A stretch of 64,000 bases of DNA from a virus. Both the position numbers and the translations under genes were made by a program. The stretch's first letter is position 1. Each line of letters opens with the position of its first letter. This document shows positions 1-9,980 of this stretch, piece after piece. Location of the stretch: positions 32,001 to 96,000 of IMG/VR virus record IMGVR_UViG_3300021178_000001; one strand, 5' to 3'. The notes below the pieces were generated by a model. The model made no database searches. It was not told the origin of the DNA and saw only the letters and a list, made by a program, of their open reading frames with translations.

Positions 1-345
1 TTCAACGAAGTGCTTTACGACTACTGGAACAACGCCGTGTTCGCCGAGTCGGGCGAGATCTCGGCGGTCGGTCAAAACGCAGTCAAGATAGGCAAGTGTC
101 TGGTGTTCGACGAGAAGACTCCCTACGCGTTCGGCAAAAGGTACTACATCGAGGGGTACACTGATTCGTACTCGGTCGACGAAAAGGGCGCGGGTTACTG
201 GGGTCAAACTATCTCCGTGACTCGCGGGTTCCAAGAGTCTTCTTTGGCTTCGGGCACCGACTTCGGCGAACGGGACGACGCCTTCACCCACGAGGGAGAG
301 TTTACTCCCTCGGGAATGGCTTCCGGAAAGCAGAATAAAAAATGA
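1..345 (+). CDS. 3' part of a probable baseplate hub/tail protein (truncated by window edge)
   Basis: ORF open from the window start; its stop overlaps the start of the spike gene; function inferred from position. Confidence 0.5.
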   Translation, partial: FNEVLYDYWNNAVFAESGEISAVGQNAVKIGKCLVFDEKTPYAFGKRYYIEGYTDSYSVDEKGAGYWGQTISVTRGFQESSLASGTDFGERDDAFTHEGEFTPSGMASGKQNKK

Positions 346-1544
346 GAATCCGAAGAGACGGCTCGACTCAGTCCAACAACGTTCCTACTCCCTCCAACTC
401 CAGTCGGTCGGACGACTTCGCTCTGTATCGCTGCGTCGTGACGAGAGTCGTTTACGTGGACAACGCGGCCAACGTCACCACGAACTCCTCGAACCCGAGG
501 ATCTTGTACGACGTCGTCGTGTTGGGAGGATTCAAGTCCGGTCAAATCTTGTCCAACTGCAGGCTGGCGTCCGACCTGGGTGGAGAGTCAGGCTTTTACG
601 AGAGAGTGCTGAGAGCTTGCACCAACGAACTGAGCACGACGAGGCTCAGCGACGCCGACGGAGACGTCGTTTTTGTGCAGTTCGTGCAGGGTCACAGTGC
701 TTATCCGGTTATCATAGGGCTCGACAACGGTATCCACACGGTCACTTTAATCGGGGCTAACTTGGCGGATGGGCCAAGATTGTTGAGAGAATACAACGGC
801 GTTCGCGAGACGATCAACAATTTCGGAGAGTGGAAGCAAGAAGTTAAGTCAGGCTCCGCGAACCCCGAAAAGGGGGCGTTTTTCGCCGCGGCAGTTCCGT
901 TGGTCACTACTTTCATTTCGAAGGACGAGAAGGTCACTAGGACGTTCAAGAGCGGTCTAACGATAACAGAAGAAGGTCCAGCGGACAAAGTGACCAGCGC
1001 TTTTAAGACTGGCTTGCTCGAAGTCAGCGACGGACTCAACGACAGAGTAACGGCGACGTTCAAGAACGGCTTGAACATAGTCGAAGACGGAGTCGCGGAC
1101 AAGATCACGGCAACCTTCAAGAACGGTCTAACGGTCACGCAAGACGGAGCTGCGGACAAAGTCACGATGTCTTTTTCCCACGGCCTACAAGTCGTGGAGG
1201 ACGGCTCGGCCGACAAAGTCACGGTGACGACGGCTGGAGGAGCCACAGTAACGATCGACGGAGCGGGAGACAACATCAAGCTGAAAACCGCGGGAGGAGC
1301 CGAGCTTAACTTGAGTACCGGTAAAGTTGCGTTGGGACAAGGATCGGTTGAGATCTTGGACAAGCTTTCCAAGGTAGCGGATCTGATATCTCAGTGGGCC
1401 ACGACTGTGGGAGCGGTGCACACGCACCTCGGTAACCTCGGCTACCCTTCTGATATTCCAGACAATTTTCTAGGTTACCTGCAACTTGGCTCGGACGAAG
1501 CCGCTCAAAAAGCCTTAGTTGACTCTATCAAGGGAACTCTGTAA
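342..1544 (+). CDS. baseplate central spike protein (gp5/gpV/VgrG-like, beta-helix repeats)
   Basis: N-terminal OB-like region (VFVQFVQGH..YPVIIG), tandem 19-aa beta repeats, C-terminal HTH.GNLG metal-binding tip motif. Confidence 0.75.
   Translation: MRIRRDGSTQSNNVPTPSNSSRSDDFALYRCVVTRVVYVDNAANVTTNSSNPRILYDVVVLGGFKSGQILSNCRLASDLGGESGFYERVLRACTNELSTTRLSDADGDVVFVQFVQGHSAYPVIIGLDNGIHTVTLIGANLADGPRLLREYNGVRETINNFGEWKQEVKSGSANPEKGAFFAAAVPLVTTFISKDEKVTRTFKSGLTITEEGPADKVTSAFKTGLLEVSDGLNDRVTATFKNGLNIVEDGVADKITATFKNGLTVTQDGAADKVTMSFSHGLQVVEDGSADKVTVTTAGGATVTIDGAGDNIKLKTAGGAELNLSTGKVALGQGSVEILDKLSKVADLISQWATTVGAVHTHLGNLGYPSDIPDNFLGYLQLGSDEAAQKALVDSIKGTL
928..1310 (+). repeat. about 6-7 degenerate 57-nt (19-aa) tandem repeats DKVT.TFK.GL.V.EDG.. 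within the spike gene
   Basis: Visible in the translation: DKVTSAFKTGLLEVSDGLN, DRVTATFKNGLNIVEDGVA, DKITATFKNGLTVTQDGAA, DKVTMSFSHGLQVVEDGSA. Confidence 0.8.
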
Positions 1545-2185
1545 TGTCGATGAGCGGACCCGCTTTAGGAGACTTCGTTCGCTCCTCGATGGGCTTTCCC
1601 TTGCCTTTGTCCACTCAGCTCAACGGTTGGGGAACCGCCGTCGTTACCCACATTCAAACTTCGGCGATAGTCACTCACGCTCCTGGAACCGTCACTGGAA
1701 CTGCCCCGCCGAACGGAGGCGCTCTTTCTAACGGAGCCGCGGACAACGGCACGATTTCGGGACTCAGCGGCTCAGTGCTAGCCAGTTTAGTGGCTTCGGA
1801 CGCCGGATACGGCTACGTCACAGGTCGGTTGCAGACCTTTTGTGACGACATCGTGGCCCACATTCAGACTTACGGAAGAGTTCAGTTCGCGACCGGAAAC
1901 ATCGTTGGAAGTTGCTCGAACACTACGGGAACTGACGGAACCTTGACTGGAACCGGCCACGACGGGTTCGTCAAGAACTTGAACGGGTCGATATTGGCTA
2001 GCACCATTCACGCGGACGTGGGGTACCCAGGGTCGGTTTCAGGTCGCTTGAACGAGTTCTGCACGGCTTTCGTCACGTACATCATGGCCAACGCGGTCGT
2101 AACTCACACTAACGTAACGGCTATTTGTCCCGCGGGCGGCGGAGACATCATCGATGGGCAAGCTACCAATGGTACCGTAGCGTAG
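1544..2185 (+). CDS. baseplate-associated hypothetical protein with internal repeats
   Basis: Coupled to the spike gene (TAATG); repeated LSG..LAS...GY..V.GRL..FC...V..I unit. Confidence 0.55.
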   Translation: MSMSGPALGDFVRSSMGFPLPLSTQLNGWGTAVVTHIQTSAIVTHAPGTVTGTAPPNGGALSNGAADNGTISGLSGSVLASLVASDAGYGYVTGRLQTFCDDIVAHIQTYGRVQFATGNIVGSCSNTTGTDGTLTGTGHDGFVKNLNGSILASTIHADVGYPGSVSGRLNEFCTAFVTYIMANAVVTHTNVTAICPAGGGDIIDGQATNGTVA

Positions 2186-2224
2186 ACTTGATAAAATTAA
2201 AGGCAAGGTCGGGAGCGTTCAATC

Positions 2225-4309
2225 GTGGCTGATTCAGTAAGTCCCTTAAATCAACTGGTAGACAACATCTCTGGCTCGGTCCTGAATTTACTGGGACTGA
2301 GCAACGATTCCTACCCCAAGCAAGCCAACTCCAAGGAAGTCATGGCCGTGCTGAGTACGGTCGACGGTTCTAACTGGCTGAAACTCAGTTTTCCCTACAC
2401 TTTCTCGGTGGTGAACATCGGCGGCACGGGAAATAACCCCTTCACCGACTTTTCTTTGCCCCTCGCTCCCACTTCTTTGAAACAGACCGAAGAGTTCGCC
2501 ATCTCGATTCGCCCGACTCAGGGCGGCACGACGACCACTCACTCTGGAAATAGATACAAAACCTTAAATATAAAGGGGACTACTGGAGTGGCTCCTTTTA
2601 AGGGATCCGGAGGCGCGAGAGCCAAGACGGGCGTCGCCATATTCCAGCCGAAACAGCTCAAGTACCTCTCGGGGTACGAGGTGTTCATTCGACTGCGCAA
2701 CTGGTTCCGGGCGTACTACGAGTACAAGAAGACACAAGGGAAGCACGCCGTAGGTCTTCGTCTGGTGTTCAAGAACTACAAGGACGGAGAGTTTCTCATA
2801 GTCGAGTTGGTCAAGTTCGACATGGAGCGCCAAGGTTCGAGGTCGTTTCTTTACGACTACGACCTCGAGTTCAAGGTGATCTCGCACTTGTCCTTCACGG
2901 CGCTGAACAACCGCACCACGGGTTTCGAGGAAGCTCTGGAGACCGTGAACGACGTTCTAGACACTTCCCGCGGCGTGATGCTGCGCTCGCAAGACATCCT
3001 TCGTCAAGTTGAGTCCACGTACGAGTCGATCGTGGTCGAGCCGCTCCGCAAGATCTCCTTGACCGTCAAGGCGGCCATCGGTGTGGTTACCGTAGCCGGA
3101 GACATGGGCAACAAGGCGATCAAGAACACCGTCTCGTCTTTCTCGGCTCTGACCATACTCTTGGGACTCAAAGCTCAGCAAGACGCGAACAAAGTGACGG
3201 GTGGACTCGACCACAGAATAGCGGCCGTCGTGCTGCCCAAAGACTTGACCAACGCGGCCAAGACTCAGGGCGCCAACTCGATCATCAACTTGAACGAAGC
3301 GCTGATGGCGATGGACCCTTCCGTGTTCCCGGAACAAACCAGAAACGCCCTCGCGCTGGACCAATCCGCTTCTCAAAAGTTGCCAAAGTCTTTTTACTCC
3401 AACACTCTGACCGGGTTAATTCGAGTCAAGAACAACTTGGAAGACTTCTTGAACTTGGGGTCTCCTCAGTACGACTCCATATTCGAGCGCACCGCCACGC
3501 TCAAGGCGTCTTTCACGAAGGTCCCCACTTCCGCAGAACTCGACTTGTTGGCGGCCTTCAACGACGCCATTTCGGCGCTCCAACTTCTTCTTTCGACCGA
3601 GTCTTTGTTCAAATCGAGCTACGACGCTAGGATAGCCGACATGATCTCTCGGTTCAACGGCAACATCGAGCTGTTCGCCGAGTCTGCGGTGCTGCAGCAA
3701 AAGTACGTGGCTGGACAAACTTTAGAGAGAATAGCTCAGCAAGAACTCGGCGACTCCACTAGGTGGGGGGAACTGGTCGAAGTGAACGGTCTAAAAGCTC
3801 CCTACGTGACCGACGACAAGTCCTCGACCTTAGAAGGAGTACTGAGACCCGGAGACACCTTCTTGATTCCGACCGCCGCGGTCAGCGGCTTCAGTCAAGT
3901 TCCTTCGGCCAAGGACATCAAGACTACGGTCGGATTGTCCGAGTTAGAGAAGTCTCTCGGGACTGACTTGAAGGTTACCAGTAACTTCGACTTGTCTTTG
4001 TCGAACTCGGGCGACTTGGAAGTGGTCTCGGGCGCCCAGAACATGGCTCAAGCCGTGATCCTGAAGCTGTCTTACACCAAGGGCGAGATCATGAGGTATC
4101 CGGAACTCGGCACCGGGTTGATTCCGGGAGTCAAGTTTCCACCGATCGAGACCATCAAAGAAGGGCTGACGAACACGCTGTTGCAAGACAACCGCATCGA
4201 TAATATTTTTGATTTAAGTATAATCAGAGATGGCAGTGCGGCGTACATATCCTTCAACTTAAAGATCAAGTCGATCGACATTCCCGTACCGATCAAGATT
4301 CCGCTGTAA
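2225..4309 (+). CDS. multidomain baseplate protein: tube-initiator-like N-terminus, LysM-like domain, gp25-like wedge C-terminus
   Basis: GQTLERIAQQELGDSTRWGELVEVNGL (LysM-like); GDLEVVSGAQNMAQAVILKL..KGE..RYPELG (gp25-like). Confidence 0.7.
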   Translation: MADSVSPLNQLVDNISGSVLNLLGLSNDSYPKQANSKEVMAVLSTVDGSNWLKLSFPYTFSVVNIGGTGNNPFTDFSLPLAPTSLKQTEEFAISIRPTQGGTTTTHSGNRYKTLNIKGTTGVAPFKGSGGARAKTGVAIFQPKQLKYLSGYEVFIRLRNWFRAYYEYKKTQGKHAVGLRLVFKNYKDGEFLIVELVKFDMERQGSRSFLYDYDLEFKVISHLSFTALNNRTTGFEEALETVNDVLDTSRGVMLRSQDILRQVESTYESIVVEPLRKISLTVKAAIGVVTVAGDMGNKAIKNTVSSFSALTILLGLKAQQDANKVTGGLDHRIAAVVLPKDLTNAAKTQGANSIINLNEALMAMDPSVFPEQTRNALALDQSASQKLPKSFYSNTLTGLIRVKNNLEDFLNLGSPQYDSIFERTATLKASFTKVPTSAELDLLAAFNDAISALQLLLSTESLFKSSYDARIADMISRFNGNIELFAESAVLQQKYVAGQTLERIAQQELGDSTRWGELVEVNGLKAPYVTDDKSSTLEGVLRPGDTFLIPTAAVSGFSQVPSAKDIKTTVGLSELEKSLGTDLKVTSNFDLSLSNSGDLEVVSGAQNMAQAVILKLSYTKGEIMRYPELGTGLIPGVKFPPIETIKEGLTNTLLQDNRIDNIFDLSIIRDGSAAYISFNLKIKSIDIPVPIKIPL

Positions 4310-4326
4310 ATCAGAGAAAGCTATAA

Positions 4327-7300
4327 ATGCCAAATCTAGTTTTAAAAAGTGAGCGCCAGATTCAGACCAGCATGCTGGCCGTGCTGATCGCTCAACTCGG
4401 CTTAAACGACATCAATCCGGCGTCCGTCATAGACATCCTCACGCAAGCCGCGGCACAGTCGGACTTCGCCCAGTACTACCAAATTGCGCAAGTCTCGAGG
4501 TTGGCCGACATCGAGTCTTTGTCGGGCACGGACCTCGAGCTCAAGGCTTTCGAGTACGGCATCTTCCGGTTGACGGCTCAAAAAGCCAGTGGATCGATCT
4601 CCATCTTGAGACCGACGGGATTCGTCAAGGTGTCCACGACTTTTTACGCCGGTTTTCCCGCCCCGATCGTGGGCGACTCGACCATCAACGTGAACGATGC
4701 CTCGAACGTGCTGATCGGGTCTTCGGGAACTCTGATTTTGGGTCGCGGCACCAACAACGAGGAGCAAGTCACTTACTCGGTCGCTCCCGTTAATAATATA
4801 AATTACTTCACTTACACTCTCAACGCTCCGGTGACCAAGAACCACTCGACTTCAGAGACAATCATTCTCAGACAAGGAACCGACGAGTTCGTTTTGGCCG
4901 GAACTATAGTCGTGGTTCCAGCTACGGGAACCAGCAACGAGATTCAGTTCGCCACCGTGAACGACGAGACTCTACTAGCTGGCGAAGCCGAAGTGGACAA
5001 CGTGGAAGTCATTGCGGTAGTTCCGGGATCTGACGGAAACATCGCGGCGGGTTCCATATTCGGTACGGCAGCTTTTCCGAGTCCCCCGTTCATCGGAGCT
5101 CGAGCCACCAACGCGGCCAAGTACACTACCGGTCAAGACTTGGAGCAAGACGACGACCTTCGGGACCGCATCAAGAACGCTGTTCAAGCCCTCACCAAGG
5201 GCATCAAGCAAGCCATCCAGACCGCCATCGTGGGTCTCGTAGACCCGATCTCAGCCAAGCGAGTCGTTTCGGCCTCGATCGTTTTACCCATAGCCGACGT
5301 GGACGCCGTGAAGATCTACATAGACGACGGCACGGGTTTTGAGCCTTCCTTCAACTCTCAGGGATTCGAGACCGTCAGAGCCAACTCGACCGGGGGCGAA
5401 CAGCGCCTTCAACTCGACCAATTTCCAGTCGTGAAGGCGCAAGTCGAGAACAACTTGTTTCAACCCTACGACATGTCCTCGGGTCCCTTGACTCTGACTT
5501 ATCAAGTTGGAACGCTGATCGAGACCGTGACTTTCCAGACCTCCGACTTCGACTTCCCGAGCATCGCTCAAGCCGAAGAAGTCGTGGTGGCTATAAATGC
5601 CCGATCGAATCTGATCGAAGCTAGAACTTCCGAAGCGGGACAAAAAATAGTCATCACCGCCAAAGCGGACGTGAACGAGAACATTCAGATTTTGTCCGGG
5701 ACCGCCAACTCGATACTATTCTTTCCGACCGACCGACGCGATACCCTGAACTTGTACATGGACGACGTGAAGCTGTCGAAAGACGGAGCCACGGCGATTC
5801 TGGACTCCGGGAACCAAGCTCCGTACAACTTGCTCGCGATCGGAGCTTACCCTCATTTTTTGACCTTCGTGGTGGACGGAAAGACGGCCAACCCTCAGAC
5901 CGCCACGATCAACTTGGCCGACGTCGCGATTCCCGCAGCCGTCACGGCGATAGAGGTCGCAGCCATGATCAACCGAGACATCTCGGGACTGACCGCTACG
6001 CCGATCAACACGAACACAAAAGTTAGGTTAGAGTCCAACACCAAGCTGACGGCTGCTTCTAAGATTCACGTCACGGGCGGAGACGCCAATAATTCTCTGA
6101 ACGGACTGAACTTTTCCACCACTGAAGTCGCGGGCATCAACGGAGACTACACCTTCAACCGAGAGCTCGGACTCATTCAGCTAGTCGTTCCGATGGGAGT
6201 CAACCAGACTGCGACCTCAGGATCTTTGTTCACCCGAGCCAAGCTGAGAGCCGGCAACTCTGAGGTTTACTCTCCCTCCAACGGACAAACCTTGGTAATC
6301 AGCGTCGACGGCGGGAGCAACCAGACCGTCACCTTCGACGCCTCGTTCGCGGGAGGTCAGACCGCTCAGTACTCCGCCGCCTTCATCAACGCTCGGCTTC
6401 TCGGAGCCACTGCGGTTGTTAGACAAGTCGGGTTCTTGAACTTCCTCGAGATCCGCACCAACACCTTCGACGTGTCGGGCTCGATCGTGATTCGGGGATC
6501 TTCGACGGGTAACTCCACCTTCGCGTTTCCGTTGGACTTAACCAAGACCTCGGACGTTCCGAACAAGGCTTACAAAGTTTCCGAAGACGCGGGACCTTAC
6601 GCCTTCGCCGAAGGTAATTCTCTCGTAGTAGTGATCGACAACGACATCGTCAACAACACTTTCTCGGTTCCATTGATTCAAGTCAGGTCAGTGTCCGGTG
6701 CCACTTCTGGATCAGTCTTCGCGGCTTCGACCCTCAACAACGTGTTCACACTCCAGAACCAAATCGTCGGGTACGCGGCGGCTTTCCAGAACGGTCCCAA
6801 CACGACGTCCGGAACCGTAGTCACCGTTTCGGTCTTGGGCGGCGGAATAGCCAGGTACACTTTCTCGGCGGCTCCTCCCAGCTTCGTGAACTTCGTGGTC
6901 GGCGACTTCGCCAAGCTGACCGGGTTCACGAACGTGGAGAACAACGTAAACGCCATAATAGTCAACAAGGGTGTCAACTACGTGGACGTGGCGAACTCGA
7001 TCGCCATAAACGCCAGTTCTCAAGCTGGGACGGGACTCTTGAGCGAGAAGCGGATCGTCGCGGCTTACAACCAGCTCACGGGTCAAGTCACCGTCGGCGT
7101 CGCCTTCACCAGTACTCCCGGAGTCGGCAACTCTCTGATGGTTATCCCCAGCACCACTCAGAACGTGGTGGACTACTTGAACAACACTCGCATAACTTCG
7201 ATTTCTTTGAAGGCTGACATCGAGGGAGTCTCGAACGACACCTTGGTGCAAATAGCTTCGCAGTCCGAGGGTTCGGACGGCTACGTTCAAGTCACGGGCG

Positions 7301-7743
7301 GCAACGCCAACGACGTCCTCGAGTTCGACACGTCTTTGTTTCGCGGGTTGGCGGGATACGAGTACTGGACCGGACTCACTAAGCTGGTGCACTCGACAGT
7401 TTACGGAGACGACTCAGACTTGACTTCGTTCGCCGGAGTCGGCGCCGCCGGAATCATATTCCGAATCTTGGCTCCCACCACGATCGACTTCCCAGTGTCC
7501 CTGCAAGTCGCTCTCAAAGAGGGATTCACGATCTCTGCCTTGGAGAACGAGATTCGCTCGGCCGTGACGGGTTACGTCAACTCGCTCGGCGTCGGAGAAG
7601 AAGTCGTGATCGAGGAGATCAGAGCTTCGGTCATCGCCATCGCGGGCATCGTGGACGTAGTTATTTTAGATCCCGTGGCCAACATCCCGACCGCGGACAA
7701 CGAGCTGGCTCGCGTAGCTGACTCAGCCATTCTGATAGGCTAA
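4327..7743 (+). CDS. baseplate J-like wedge protein (large, with insertions)
   Basis: N-terminal baseplate-J features (G.DL...A..YGI.R..A..A.G; PGSDGNIAAG; G.DLE.DDDLRDRI) and C-terminal YVNSLGVGEEV...I.GIVDV. Confidence 0.85.
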   Translation: MPNLVLKSERQIQTSMLAVLIAQLGLNDINPASVIDILTQAAAQSDFAQYYQIAQVSRLADIESLSGTDLELKAFEYGIFRLTAQKASGSISILRPTGFVKVSTTFYAGFPAPIVGDSTINVNDASNVLIGSSGTLILGRGTNNEEQVTYSVAPVNNINYFTYTLNAPVTKNHSTSETIILRQGTDEFVLAGTIVVVPATGTSNEIQFATVNDETLLAGEAEVDNVEVIAVVPGSDGNIAAGSIFGTAAFPSPPFIGARATNAAKYTTGQDLEQDDDLRDRIKNAVQALTKGIKQAIQTAIVGLVDPISAKRVVSASIVLPIADVDAVKIYIDDGTGFEPSFNSQGFETVRANSTGGEQRLQLDQFPVVKAQVENNLFQPYDMSSGPLTLTYQVGTLIETVTFQTSDFDFPSIAQAEEVVVAINARSNLIEARTSEAGQKIVITAKADVNENIQILSGTANSILFFPTDRRDTLNLYMDDVKLSKDGATAILDSGNQAPYNLLAIGAYPHFLTFVVDGKTANPQTATINLADVAIPAAVTAIEVAAMINRDISGLTATPINTNTKVRLESNTKLTAASKIHVTGGDANNSLNGLNFSTTEVAGINGDYTFNRELGLIQLVVPMGVNQTATSGSLFTRAKLRAGNSEVYSPSNGQTLVISVDGGSNQTVTFDASFAGGQTAQYSAAFINARLLGATAVVRQVGFLNFLEIRTNTFDVSGSIVIRGSSTGNSTFAFPLDLTKTSDVPNKAYKVSEDAGPYAFAEGNSLVVVIDNDIVNNTFSVPLIQVRSVSGATSGSVFAASTLNNVFTLQNQIVGYAAAFQNGPNTTSGTVVTVSVLGGGIARYTFSAAPPSFVNFVVGDFAKLTGFTNVENNVNAIIVNKGVNYVDVANSIAINASSQAGTGLLSEKRIVAAYNQLTGQVTVGVAFTSTPGVGNSLMVIPSTTQNVVDYLNNTRITSISLKADIEGVSNDTLVQIASQSEGSDGYVQVTGGNANDVLEFDTSLFRGLAGYEYWTGLTKLVHSTVYGDDSDLTSFAGVGAAGIIFRILAPTTIDFPVSLQVALKEGFTISALENEIRSAVTGYVNSLGVGEEVVIEEIRASVIAIAGIVDVVILDPVANIPTADNELARVADSAILIG

Positions 7744-7753
7744 AAGGAGCTCC

Positions 7754-9082
7754 ATGGCTGACTCACTCAAGAAGATGCTCGACACGATTCCGCGCGTTTA
7801 CAACCCGGAATTCAACCCCGTCATCAACGCGTTCATAACCGCCATCGCGCAAGAAGACGACTTGATCTCGACTCAGATCGACAACGGCAAGGATCAAATA
7901 TTTATACGAACGGCTACGGGCCAGTACTTAAACAAGGCGGCTAACTCGCTCGGAGTGTCTCGTCCTCCGGCTCTCGGACTCGACGACCCCAACTTTCAAG
8001 AACTGGTTCCGAACTTGTCCCTGAAGCCCAAGCAAATCAAGAAGGCGTTCTACGACACCGCGGACGTCTTTTGGGGACCACTCTTCTCTAGAGCCAACGC
8101 CACGACTGCGAACTTTGCTCCCTACGACGTCTTGACCGGAGACGTTTTGTCCGTGATCGTGGACAACGGACCCGTGCAGAACATAAAGGCTCTGACGGGC
8201 GACATAGCGATCAACGGAGCGGCAACGGCCGAAGAGATCGTGAACGTGTTGAGTCGAGTCAAGGGAGCGACCGCTTCGGTCGTCGCCAACTCAGTCTCTG
8301 GGACCGAGCAAGTCAACCTTCGAACGAACACTCCCGGATCCGTCGGAACTGTGGAGTTCTTGACTTCTTCGATGGTGGGTCCGTCGAAGCTCGACTTCAT
8401 GATTCATTCCTACGACATCTTGGACTTACCTCAAAGAGTGTCGGTCTACAACTTGACCTCGCACGAGCTGGTCATCGAGATCCCGGCAATCGTTCCGGCG
8501 CTGAGACGCACTCTCAAGGGTTCGCACCACTTTCACGCCGACGGAACTCTGGAACCTCCAGAACCCACTTCCAACGGAATTTGGCAAGGCTCGTTCTTCT
8601 TTGATCCAACGGGGTCGCAGGGAGCGTTTACTCTGACGTCACAAAAGGCGACGCTGGAACAAACGCTGGATCGCGGTTCTGTGTACACCTCGATGACGGT
8701 GGACAGCTCGGCTTTGGTCGCCAACCCTTCCGGGATCTTCATGCTCAACTTTGGCTTTCAGAACCAAGAGGGACCGATCAGATATCGAGGAGTTCCGAAC
8801 TCAAACACGATTCTGATCGATCCCAGCTACGTCTTCAAGAACACTCACTTGTCGGGCGAGTCGTTCAACGTGCTGGCCAACCAGATCCCCTACACTCCGA
8901 GACGCAACGGACAAGACTTGGCTATATACCTAACGTCTCCGTCGAGCGCGAGGACGATCGTTCAGGGGATCTTGGACTCTTTGAAGGCAGCCGGAATCAT
9001 CATTCATTTCATAGTGTTGGCACCAAAATATAGGTACGTTTTAGACAATCCCTATTTGCCCGAGATCGAGCCTAGTCTTTAG
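7754..9082 (+). CDS. baseplate wedge/tail protein (P2 gpI-like)
   Basis: Follows baseplate J; TATGQYLN..A...GV.R and C-terminal LKAAGI motifs; AGGAG RBS. Confidence 0.65.
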   Translation: MADSLKKMLDTIPRVYNPEFNPVINAFITAIAQEDDLISTQIDNGKDQIFIRTATGQYLNKAANSLGVSRPPALGLDDPNFQELVPNLSLKPKQIKKAFYDTADVFWGPLFSRANATTANFAPYDVLTGDVLSVIVDNGPVQNIKALTGDIAINGAATAEEIVNVLSRVKGATASVVANSVSGTEQVNLRTNTPGSVGTVEFLTSSMVGPSKLDFMIHSYDILDLPQRVSVYNLTSHELVIEIPAIVPALRRTLKGSHHFHADGTLEPPEPTSNGIWQGSFFFDPTGSQGAFTLTSQKATLEQTLDRGSVYTSMTVDSSALVANPSGIFMLNFGFQNQEGPIRYRGVPNSNTILIDPSYVFKNTHLSGESFNVLANQIPYTPRRNGQDLAIYLTSPSSARTIVQGILDSLKAAGIIIHFIVLAPKYRYVLDNPYLPEIEPSL

Positions 9083-9305
9083 CCCTCTCTTCTATTAACT
9101 TTATGTAGTTCTCATCTACGTAATCCGCAATCATATAATGGTCACGTTCGGGCCATAACTCTGTACCTTCAGACATACAGATCCCAGGTAGACAATAACG
9201 TACCCTGTATGCAGGTGTTCCGTTAGGAAACTGATGATGTCCCAGAATTACAATGGGGTCATTTGATCCAGGTATACAAACTATGTCCTTGGATTTAAAT
9301 TTCAT
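9072..9305 (-). CDS. hypothetical protein (AT-rich insertion)
   Basis: 77-aa ORF starting MKFK..DIV; flanked by two copies of the wedge gene 3' end. Confidence 0.6.
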   Translation of the reverse strand: MKFKSKDIVCIPGSNDPIVILGHHQFPNGTPAYRVRYCLPGICMSEGTELWPERDHYMIADYVDENYIKLIEERAKD

Positions 9306-9307
9306 AC

Positions 9308-9343
9308 AACCCGTATCTCCCAGAGATCGAACCGAGCATTTAA
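9308..9343 (+). repeat. recoded second copy of the last 12 codons of the wedge gene (NPYLPEIEPSI*)
   Basis: aac ccg tat ctc cca gag atc gaa ccg agc att taa versus 9047-9082 aat ccc tat ttg ccc gag atc gag cct agt ctt tag. Confidence 0.85.
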
Positions 9344-9642
9344 GATTTTCGTGTCAGTTTCGTCAACATTGAATGAATCTCGTTGACTTGATTCTCAATG
9401 TGCTCTAACCGTAAACGTGTGTTGTCAACGGGATCATGGACAAATGATGGTAGTCTTTTCCATTCTTTGTCTTGTTTCACCACTGCGTGTCCTACAGACA
9501 TCACTAAAACTACGCTATTTTCTTTAAAATCACTGGTTAAATTTTCAAAAGTATGAACGGCTGGAAACCAAGTGAAATCGCCTTCGGAATTATTAGCTAA
9601 CTTCAATGAAAAATAATGATCATATTCAGTGTTCTTAATCAT
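9340..9642 (-). CDS. hypothetical protein
   Basis: ATG at 9642 with a GGAG RBS, overlapping the upstream stop. Confidence 0.55.
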   Translation of the reverse strand: MIKNTEYDHYFSLKLANNSEGDFTWFPAVHTFENLTSDFKENSVVLVMSVGHAVVKQDKEWKRLPSFVHDPVDNTRLRLEHIENQVNEIHSMLTKLTRKS

Positions 9643-9857
9643 TTGTCTCCCTTCTTGTCTTTGCAATCTTCTACGCACTGGTTGTAAGCGACGGTGAATA
9701 TCAAGGCGCTCGCTATGAAAAGAAGTCCCGGAAATGGGCTCTCGAACAAATAAAAACTGAACATTATTATTCCAACCAAAGTTAAAAATAAAAACGAGAG
9801 CACTACTGTGGAAAGTACAGTAAAAATCGCCGCTTCAATCAAACATTCTTTCTTCAT
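9639..9857 (-). CDS. small two-TM membrane protein
   Basis: Two hydrophobic stretches and a charged C-terminus. Confidence 0.6.
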   Translation of the reverse strand: MKKECLIEAAIFTVLSTVVLSFLFLTLVGIIMFSFYLFESPFPGLLFIASALIFTVAYNQCVEDCKDKKGDK

Positions 9858-9979
9858 TTTGCTTTCCTCACGCTCGGGATCTCTCGGATCTCGTTCACGG
9901 TGTCTTTAGCAATCTCCACGATAACGAAGAACGCTATGAAACAAATCAGGGTAGCTATAAGTGCTTTAATTTGATACAT
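9854..9979 (-). CDS. small membrane protein (41 aa, not in ORF track)
   Basis: MYQIKALIATLICFIAFFVIVEIAKDTVNEIREIPSVRKAK*; GAGG RBS; fills the gap with an ATGA overlap. Confidence 0.55.
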   Translation of the reverse strand: MYQIKALIATLICFIAFFVIVEIAKDTVNEIREIPSVRKAK

Positions 9980-9980
9980 T

